Source of the DNA: an uncultured Acidimicrobiaceae bacterium
GTDB taxonomy: Bacteria; Actinomycetota; Acidimicrobiia; Acidimicrobiales; Bog-793
DNA length: 64,000 nucleotides
Assembly (NCBI GenBank): GCA_963761425.1
Contig: CAVXGQ010000004.1
Coordinates: forward strand, 534,134-598,133
Direction: 5' to 3'
In this document: positions 57,327 to 64,000 of the stretch, in pieces
Position numbering within the stretch: position 1 is the stretch's first letter
Layout of the letters: the number at the start of each line of letters is the position of its first letter
The notes under the pieces: model-generated
The model's input: only the letters and a program-made list of their open reading frames with translations
Database searches by the model: none
Told to the model about the DNA's origin: nothing
Translations under genes and position numbers: made by a program

Positions 57327-58141
57327 GCGGTGGTCCCCGATCTTGTCGGTGCGCTGATGGTATCGACCGGCGGGGTTGCCCGTCGCTGCCGGTTGCGCGC
57401 CCAGAGCGCAACCACCGCCAGCCCTCCGACCACGAAGAGCGCGAGCCCGGCGATCTCCACCGCGTCGGTGCCGTTGTCGTAGCTCAGCCAGAAGTACTCA
57501 TCGACGAAGCGACTGAGTCCCCACAGCCCCACGGTTACCGCCGTCACGTACCCCACCGGGCCGCTCCGGGCCGCGACGAGGCGTTCGACCCATAGCGCGA
57601 CGAGAAAGATTGCGCCGCACTCGATTGCCTGGAAGATCGGAACGGGGAGGCGCTTTCCGATCTCACCGGCGTAGTACATGCCGAACCAGGCCGACGTCGG
57701 CTTCCCTCCGCCCGCGACCTCGAGCTGTGGACCGAGCAGGCGCCCGATCGCCCACGAGCAGACGAGGACGGGAGCGACGAGGTCGGCAGCGACACCGAGC
57801 CGGAGTTGCGGACAGCGACGGTGCGCTGAGTAGAAGCCCGCCGGGAGGCCGAGGACCAGGCCTCCGAAGGAGGAGAGTCCGCCGTGCCAGACCGCCAGGA
57901 CCTCGACCGGGTCCCGTGAATAGACACCGAAATTGGAGATCACGTGGGCCGCCCGCGCGCCGACGAGAGCGGCGACGATCACCCAGAGGAAGGTTACGAG
58001 AAGCCACTCGTCGGGGTATCCGTGGTCCCGCAGTCGTTTCGCGAAGTACCGGTAGCCGAGCCAGAAGGTGATCGCGAGCCCGATGCCGTAGGTGTGGACC
58101 TCCAGCGGGCCGATGTGGAAAGCGACCGGAATCGGCTTCAG
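57323..58141 (-). CDS. lgt: prolipoprotein diacylglyceryl transferase, apparent CTG start
   Basis: The conserved first helix KPIPVAFHIGPLEVHTYGIGLAITFWLGY lies in frame upstream of the first ATG/GTG/TTG (57982). The CTG at 58141 is preceded by GGAGG (58152..58148) with a 6-nt spacer. An in-frame TAG lies further upstream. Downstream motif VWHGGLSSFGG. Confidence 0.85.
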   Translation of the reverse strand: MKPIPVAFHIGPLEVHTYGIGLAITFWLGYRYFAKRLRDHGYPDEWLLVTFLWVIVAALVGARAAHVISNFGVYSRDPVEVLAVWHGGLSSFGGLVLGLPAGFYSAHRRCPQLRLGVAADLVAPVLVCSWAIGRLLGPQLEVAGGGKPTSAWFGMYYAGEIGKRLPVPIFQAIECGAIFLVALWVERLVAARSGPVGYVTAVTVGLWGLSRFVDEYFWLSYDNGTDAVEIAGLALFVVGGLAVVALWARNRQRRATPPVDTISAPTRSGTTA

Positions 58142-58304
58142 CGTGTGCCTCCGCTCGGTGGTGTCGGGACCGCGGCCCGCGCCCCTCTTCGAACAGTATC
58201 GCCGTGCCAGCGGGGGCTACGACGGCGGGCGTCGTTCACCTCGACCGGAGGAGGTTCTCGCAGTGGGCCCGCCACCTTTCATGTGGCCCGCCGCCAACCG
58301 TGGT

Positions 58305-59549
58305 CTATCCGGTCTCGTCGGGCACCGCGTCGAGCTTGGTGCCTTTCGTCTCCGGCACGAAGCGCCACAGAACGGGGAGCGCCACCAGGAGGAGGACCGC
58401 AAGGATGCTCACGGTGTTCCCGATGCTTCCGATCAGTCCCCCCCGTTCACTGAGGACACCGACGATCGACCCCCCCGTCACCTCTCCGGTGTTGGCGAAG
58501 CCGTTGCCGACGATCGCCGAGGCTTGGGCCCGGATCCGAGTCGGGAAGGACTCCGCGGACATCGCCGACAGCGCAGGGCCGACGCCGAGCCCGAAGAAGA
58601 CGGCGAGAACGAGGAAGACGAAGTTCGCCGCCTCGGAGCTCGACTGGAAGAGCGCGACGCCGCTCGCACACGCCGCGAGGAAGTAGATCGTCGCGACCGG
58701 CTTGCGGCCGAACTGATCGATGAGCCGACCACAGACGTAGTAGCCGAAGGTCCCGACGACGAAAGCGGTTCCGAGATCGAGCGACACCAGCCCGGTCGAG
58801 AAGTGATGCTCGCGTTCTGCGTAGAGAACCCACCAGCCGGCTCCCGCGGTCACCGGGATCTTCTCGAGGAGCGAGACGACACCGAGTGCGACGACGCGTT
58901 GTCGCCATGGCGTGACGAACGCCGCTCGCAACGGCTCCCGCTTCGGACGGTTCACCTTCATCTCTTTGAACGCGATCGTCTCGCGCACGTAGCGGCGAGC
59001 GAAGCCGATGGCGAGGGCCGGCAGGACCCCGATGAGGTAGAAGGCCCGCCAACCGAGCGAGGTGTGTTGGAGGCCCACCGCCAGTAGAGCGGCTGTTGCC
59101 ACCGCGCCCAGCGGCACGGCGACGAGGAGCTTCCCGAGGGCCCGTCCCCGGGTGGCCGTCGGGAATTCTTCGAGGACCACGATGGCGGCGAGGGCGAACT
59201 CGGCTCCGGCGAAGATCTGGGTCAGCGACTGGAACAGCGCGAACGACCAGACGCTCCAGCTCGTGGCGGTGAGTCCGGTGAAGATCGCGTACCCGAAAAG
59301 CCCGATGAGCAGGATCGGCCGGCGCCCGACGCGGTCGGCGAGCCGGATCGCGAAGAACGCGACGAACGACCCGGCTGCGATGGGCACGTTCGCGAGCCCG
59401 AGCGTGCCGAGGCTGACGTGGAAGGCACGCTGTAGTTGGGGCAAGAGCAGGGCGCGGAGTTCGCCGTCGTATCCGTTAAAGAAGGCGGCGGGAATGAGAA
59501 GGAAGAGAAGGATGCGAAGGTACCGCTCCGATCGCTCCTCGATCGCCAC
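58305..59549 (-). CDS. MFS transporter
   Basis: 414 aa, about 12 TM helices. The loop motif LADRVGRRPILL between TM2 and TM3 is the MFS signature. Confidence 0.8.
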   Translation of the reverse strand: MAIEERSERYLRILLFLLIPAAFFNGYDGELRALLLPQLQRAFHVSLGTLGLANVPIAAGSFVAFFAIRLADRVGRRPILLIGLFGYAIFTGLTATSWSVWSFALFQSLTQIFAGAEFALAAIVVLEEFPTATRGRALGKLLVAVPLGAVATAALLAVGLQHTSLGWRAFYLIGVLPALAIGFARRYVRETIAFKEMKVNRPKREPLRAAFVTPWRQRVVALGVVSLLEKIPVTAGAGWWVLYAEREHHFSTGLVSLDLGTAFVVGTFGYYVCGRLIDQFGRKPVATIYFLAACASGVALFQSSSEAANFVFLVLAVFFGLGVGPALSAMSAESFPTRIRAQASAIVGNGFANTGEVTGGSIVGVLSERGGLIGSIGNTVSILAVLLLVALPVLWRFVPETKGTKLDAVPDETG

Positions 59550-60210
59550 TGGGTGATCACCCTAGTGAGAGCCCGGTCAGGGGGGAGGACTGGGGTCCAG
59601 ACGCGGCACGGTCCCGGGTAGCCTTTCGGCCGAAGCCGTCCGTACTCTCCGGGACCAATGCCTGTGGCGACAGGCGCCATGCCGATCACCTCGCGGCTCT
59701 CGGCCGACAGGCCGCCTCTCGACGGCCCCACAGCACCGGTGCCTCCCCGGAGGGAGTCCTTGCACTGCTTCCTGCCTACCCCCGAGGCTCCGTAGTCCCC
59801 CGTTTTCGGTTCGGTCGCCCCCCTCTTTCGAGTGGAACGCCCGTCCCGTCCGAATGAGACAACTCGGCCTTGGTGCATGCATCGTGCTCTCGTTGCCGTC
59901 GCACGTCAAGGGGGTTACGCGAGATCCACGGCTTGTCGACAGAGTTCTCGAAAGATACCCACGTCGTCCCCATACGATCCCCAGAGAATCAACAGACCTG
60001 TCCACAGAGGGCTGGGAGCGGTCGCCGGGCGGTCGCCATTCGGTGACCCGGTGGCGGGGGTTGGCGCGGTGCTGCGCGAGGAGGAGAAGGGCGTTGCCGG
60101 AGCAACCAGGCTGGCCGCCAGGTCCCGGCCCGCCCGTTGAAGTGGCAGAACACCTGGCTGCGGGGGATCGGTGGCCCCGCCGTTAACGTCGCCCGGGAGG
60201 TGAGGCGATC

Positions 60211-60402
60211 ATGACGGCGCACCACGAGCTCCTGGGGCGGTTGGTCCAGTCGGTCATCAATCTCAACGGCCCGGGTCGCTACGTGCACTGGGGCTTCATC
60301 CAGATCTCGGTGGCGAACCTCGTGGTCATCGCGTTGATGATCGTCGTGTTCGCGGCGGCGATCCTCGTTCCGTTCCCCCGGCGCGGCGGGGGCGACCGGT
60401 GA
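60211..60402 (+). CDS. small membrane protein (63 aa), first gene of the cytochrome b operon
   Basis: The ATG follows GGGAGGTGAGG. One TM helix (ANLVVIALMIVVFAAAILV). Its stop overlaps the next start (GTGA). Confidence 0.55.
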   Translation: MTAHHELLGRLVQSVINLNGPGRYVHWGFIQISVANLVVIALMIVVFAAAILVPFPRRGGGDR

Positions 60403-61118
60403 CGATCGACTCGGGTGAGCCGGACGTCGGCCTGCAGGCCGACCGGCCCGAAGACGCCGGCTCGTGGAGCGCGCGACTGCGGCGCGCCGCCGTGTCGGCG
60501 TTCCCTCCCGGGCGTCTCCTGCCCGATCGCCAGCCGGCGTACGTCGCATCGTGGATCTACGTCTTCGGCGCGCTCACCCTCGCCGCGCTCGCGATCGTCG
60601 TGCTCTCGGGCATGGTGCTGGCGATCGAGGGCCCGACTTGGTGGCACCTGTCAAGCGTCGGACTGTTCGTGAACTCCGTGCACCTGTGGAGCGTCGAGCT
60701 CTTCTTTTTCTTCATGGTCGTCCATCTGTGGGGGAAGTTCTTCATGGCGGCTTGGCGAGGACGGAGACGCGCGACGTGGATAACGGGTGTGCTCTCTTTC
60801 CTGGTTTCGGTGGCGGCGGCGTTCACCGGGTACCTGTCGCAACAAAACTTCGACTCCCAATGGATTGGGACCCAGGCCAAGGACGGGATCAACGCGACCG
60901 GAGCCGGGGCGGTCTTCAACGTCCTCAACTTCGGGCAGATGCTGATGTGGCACATCCTGTTGCTGCCCCTCGTCGTCGGGCTGTTGGTCATCGTCCACGT
61001 CCTGCTGGTCCGGCGGCGTGGGGTCGTCCCACCGTTCGCACCCGATGCGGGTGACCTCGTCGGCCCCGGGGTCGTCCCGGCCGCCGTCACCGCCGTCGAA
61101 CGGACGAGGCCACGATGA
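60399..61118 (+). CDS. cytochrome b N-terminal-domain protein (b6-like, four helices)
   Basis: Two His pairs sit in TM helices: SVHLWSVELFFFFMVVHLW (13 residues between the His) and MWHILLLPLVVGLLVIVHVL (14 between), as expected for bis-heme ligation. Confidence 0.8.
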   Translation: MTIDSGEPDVGLQADRPEDAGSWSARLRRAAVSAFPPGRLLPDRQPAYVASWIYVFGALTLAALAIVVLSGMVLAIEGPTWWHLSSVGLFVNSVHLWSVELFFFFMVVHLWGKFFMAAWRGRRRATWITGVLSFLVSVAAAFTGYLSQQNFDSQWIGTQAKDGINATGAGAVFNVLNFGQMLMWHILLLPLVVGLLVIVHVLLVRRRGVVPPFAPDAGDLVGPGVVPAAVTAVERTRPR

Positions 61119-62110
61119 AGCCGCCGCGGGCGAACCCCGGCCGGATCAGACGGTTCCGGCCCGACCGCGACGTCGAGGAGTGGCACGGGCGCTACGTGCC
61201 CTATGACATCGTGAAGGAGTTCGCCGCCGCGTTTCTCGTCGTGCTACTCCTGACGCTCGGCCTGGCGATCGTCCTGTCCTCGCCGGACGTGCGTCCGGTC
61301 ACCATCAAGAGCTGGTCCCAGCACGCCCCCCTCGACTTCGCCCGGACCGCCGTCACCGAACTCGCCGGCACGAGCCCGACAGCGACGTACGGGCCGCCGT
61401 ACAACAACACCCCAGGGGTGAGCCAGTCGATCGGTCCCTTGTCGCTCGAGAGCCTGATGGGGGTGCACCACCCGATCAACACCACCCTCGACGACGTCAT
61501 CGACCCACTGAAGACGCTTCCTCCCAATGCGACCCTCACCGCGGCGATCAAGCAGTACACGTCGGCTCCAGCCCAGACCAAACAGCGCTGGACGAACGCG
61601 TATGGCACGGCGTTGGCGCACGCCCGGTACACCAACGGGATGCTCATGACCGGTTCCGGACACTACGGGCCGGTTGCCGAGATGATCGGGACGTTGACGA
61701 CGATGGCGCGCAGTGGAGCCCTCGACGGCGCGCTCGTCAGCTCCAGGCAGTTCTACGGGACCGACTACACCAAGCCGCTGCTCTTCATCGCTGACGGCAC
61801 CTACCTGGCGAAACTCGCCGCGGCCCAGCACCTGCAGGGAACGCAGTGGGGGATGATGAACGAGACCGGCAACTTCCCCGGTCAGTCGTGGCTCTGGTTG
61901 TACACCTTCTGGTACCAGATCCCGCCCTTTACGACCTCGACGAACGCCGACGCCCTCGTCTGGGCCATCATGGTCGTTCTCACCGTTCTCCTAATGCTCG
62001 TGCCGTTCCTGCCGGGGGTGCGCGCGATCCCTAGGAAGGTGCGCATCTATCGGTTGATCTGGCGGCGGCACTACCGTTCTCTAGCGGTTCGATCGGATGG
62101 CGCCGTGTGA
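61115..62110 (+). CDS. membrane protein with a large extracytoplasmic loop, coupled to cytochrome b
   Basis: ATGA overlap with the upstream gene. Two TM helices (AAAFLVVLLLTLGLAIVL, ALVWAIMVVLTVLLMLVPF) flank about 230 residues. The segment SWLWLYTFWYQIPPF before the last helix is loosely reminiscent of the cytochrome b C-terminal/subunit IV PEWY region. Confidence 0.6.
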   Translation: MKPPRANPGRIRRFRPDRDVEEWHGRYVPYDIVKEFAAAFLVVLLLTLGLAIVLSSPDVRPVTIKSWSQHAPLDFARTAVTELAGTSPTATYGPPYNNTPGVSQSIGPLSLESLMGVHHPINTTLDDVIDPLKTLPPNATLTAAIKQYTSAPAQTKQRWTNAYGTALAHARYTNGMLMTGSGHYGPVAEMIGTLTTMARSGALDGALVSSRQFYGTDYTKPLLFIADGTYLAKLAAAQHLQGTQWGMMNETGNFPGQSWLWLYTFWYQIPPFTTSTNADALVWAIMVVLTVLLMLVPFLPGVRAIPRKVRIYRLIWRRHYRSLAVRSDGAV

Positions 62111-62161
62111 TCGGCTGATGGGTCGCTCGCCCAGGCGCGCGTGCCGGAAGGAGGCGCAGGC

Positions 62162-62905
62162 ATGGAAGTTGCGATTCCGGCGGCCGGAGGTGACGTCCCC
62201 GCCTACCTTGCCCTACCGCCGAGCGGACGCCCCGAACCCGGGGTGATCCTTGTCCACGACGTGTTCGGCGTGACCCAGGACCTGAGGAACCAGGCGGATT
62301 GGTTGGCGGCTGAAGGGTACCTGGCGGTCGCACCCGACTTGTTCCACGGTCGCAAGAAGATGGCTGGCGTGAGCGGAGTCCGGCGCGACATCGCGAGACG
62401 TCAAGGGAGGACCTTCGACGACGTCGAGGCGGTGCGCAGCTGGGTAGCGGGCCGAGATGAGTGCACGGGCACCGTCGGCGTCATCGGCTTCTGCATGGGT
62501 GGCGGCCTGGCCCTCATGCTCGCTATTGGGCGCGGCTTTTCGGCGTCGAGCGTCAACTACGGATCGGCCCCCAAGGACGCCTACGACGCGAGCTTCCTTG
62601 CCCACGCCTGCCCGATCGTCGCCAGCTACGGTGCCAAGGACCGGTCGCTTCGAGGCGCCGCGAGCCGACTCGCACGGGCCCTTGGGGTGGCTGGCGTCGT
62701 GAATGATGTGAAGGAGTATCCCGACGCCGGACACGGGTTCCTGAACGATCACGAAGGCGCCCATGACCGTGTTTCCGCCGCCTTCCGGTTGATGAGCAAG
62801 TTCATCAACTACGGCTACCATGGCCCGTCCGCGGCGGATGCGCGGCGACGGATCCTCTCGTTTTTCGACGCGCACTTGAGATCGGGTCAAGCTCCTGCGG
62901 GGTAG
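62162..62905 (+). CDS. dienelactone hydrolase-family protein
   Basis: ATG at 62162 follows GGAAGGAGG. GVILVHDVFG...APDLFHG...IGFCMGGGLAL (nucleophile Cys) ...YPDAGHGF. Confidence 0.85.
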   Translation: MEVAIPAAGGDVPAYLALPPSGRPEPGVILVHDVFGVTQDLRNQADWLAAEGYLAVAPDLFHGRKKMAGVSGVRRDIARRQGRTFDDVEAVRSWVAGRDECTGTVGVIGFCMGGGLALMLAIGRGFSASSVNYGSAPKDAYDASFLAHACPIVASYGAKDRSLRGAASRLARALGVAGVVNDVKEYPDAGHGFLNDHEGAHDRVSAAFRLMSKFINYGYHGPSAADARRRILSFFDAHLRSGQAPAG

Positions 62906-63168
62906 GGAGGGCGATGTTCCGGTGCGGCGGAACGTCATGGTGGGCGTCGCGTGCCCATCGGGTGGACACGTCTTCGGGGCGGTTCATGCGATGTCGGCCT
63001 GACGCGGGTGCTGCTAGTCCTTGGCAGCGTCTAGGTGATCACGACCGCCGGGAAACGGTGGGGTTTACCGGTGGAATAGGCGATCACGCGTCATCTACGC
63101 GTCATCGACCCGAAGGTCGTGTGCTGGCTCACCAAGGCGGAGTGAACCGCAGCAGACGAGCGGGTTCG

Positions 63169-63690
63169 CTATTCCTGTTGGTCGATGCGCACAACCCAGG
63201 ATCCGGAACCGCTAGCGGCGATAACCACCGAAGTCGGGCCGGAGTCGTTGCCCGGGTCGAAGATGCAGCCCTGCAGAGCCGTCGCGTCGGCGCCGACATC
63301 GTCGAAAAGGAGCGTGGAACCACCGATCGGTGAACCAATTTGGTACGTGAGCTTGCCGACGGAAAGCGAACCGACCGCGTAGCAGATCTTGAGCGGGCGA
63401 TTGGCGAAGTTGACCGTGGCCGACCCAGAAGTCGGGCTAAACGCCGCGAGGGGCGCGTAACCGTTTGTAACGGTCGGCAGGGTCGGGCACCCGGAGCCAC
63501 ACACTGCCGCGACCATCGTGTTCGCTTGTTGGTTGGCTACCGCAAGCGGAGGGCCGCCGATCGCCTGCGGTCCACCGGTCGCGCAGGCTGTCAGGCCGAA
63601 GGCGGCGAGGCCGAGCGCGATGAACCCAACCGTGACCTTCCAGATAGTGGCTCGCTTTAGGGTCCGGGTCGGCTGCATCGAGACAATCAT
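63169..63690 (-). CDS. probable lipoprotein (hypothetical)
   Basis: ATG at 63690 or 63678. Signal peptide with lipobox GLTAC. Gly/Ser/Thr-rich mature part. No family recognised. Confidence 0.55.
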   Translation of the reverse strand: MIVSMQPTRTLKRATIWKVTVGFIALGLAAFGLTACATGGPQAIGGPPLAVANQQANTMVAAVCGSGCPTLPTVTNGYAPLAAFSPTSGSATVNFANRPLKICYAVGSLSVGKLTYQIGSPIGGSTLLFDDVGADATALQGCIFDPGNDSGPTSVVIAASGSGSWVVRIDQQE

Positions 63691-64000
63691 CGCGCCGTGG
63701 GCGTGCGAGCGACGGCACCTGACGTGACCGGTGCGCACTAGATGCCCGATCACGCCTGAGGTTCCCGCGCACTCCACGATTGACCTGCACTTCTCTACCC
63801 AGGCGACGCGGCGCCCCCGCCTACTTCGCTCCCTCTGCGCTTTTCGAGCGCATCCACCAGCCCTACAACAGAGAGGGCCAACGAACCGGAACAGTGCGCT
63901 TCGGGGACCAACGCGCCATGGCCCTGGCCGGTGCACTCTGCCTCCTCGTCCACGCCGTCACCGGCTTCACCAACAAGAGCCTTCGCGGGTGGTGGCCGGA

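Noticed and set aside
59550-60210. tmRNA, RNase P RNA or SRP RNA in the large intergenic region.
   Set aside because: I read both strands. There is no GGTTCGA-type T-arm with a CCA-proximal acceptor and no tag ORF ending in a stop (tmRNA). There is no GAGGAAAGTCCGG / ACAGAACCCGGC pair (RNase P). AGGAAGCAG occurs once but without the flanking GGTCCGGAAGG helix of SRP RNA.
63723-64000. An open frame running off the window end (...RFGDQRAMALAGALCLLVHAVTGFTNKSLRGWW). It vaguely recalls segments seen in some actinobacterial transposase-like proteins, following a lower-G+C stretch.
   Set aside because: Only about 90 codons are visible, no start was identified, and my recollection of the family is too vague to support a mobile-element call.

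Overview
High-G+C, actinobacterium-like chromosomal window. All calls come from reading the ORF track and the sequence by eye; no searches were run.

- **1-35.5 kb:** mostly conserved housekeeping genes. The neighbourhood glmU-prs-rplY-pth-mfd-mazG-eno-ftsB-DUF501/ppx matches the one known from Mycobacterium and relatives. Interspersed are PPOX/F420-type oxidoreductases, an aldo/keto reductase, an M20 peptidase, two coiled-coil cell-wall hydrolases (Rpf-like transglycosylase, NlpC/P60), a glycosyltransferase cluster, a type-B carboxylesterase, one atypical tRNA, a phosphate transporter/phoU pair, and an adjacent PLP-decarboxylase + agmatinase pair that each carry a 1-nt frameshift.
- **35.8-53.7 kb:** the standout, a type IV pilus (T4aP-like) locus.
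  - On the + strand: pilD, then three large pilin-like genes. These are a 479-aa GspJ/PilW-like pilin; a 2,506-aa protein with a prepilin-type N-terminus followed by about 19 Ig-like domains, including a 4.6-kb near-identical tandem array; and a PilX_N/TadG-like protein with three IPT/TIG domains.
  - On the - strand, converging on these: pilB-pilC-pilA-pilT.
  - No pilM/N/O/P/Q is visible, and the non-repeat parts look lower in G+C than the flanks.
- **54-64 kb:** envelope genes (DipZ-like, YkuD-like, M15 peptidase, lgt with an apparent CTG start), an MFS transporter, a compact split cytochrome b operon, a dienelactone hydrolase and a lipoprotein.

Many long ORFs in the track are antisense or out-of-frame shadows typical of high-G+C DNA and were not called.
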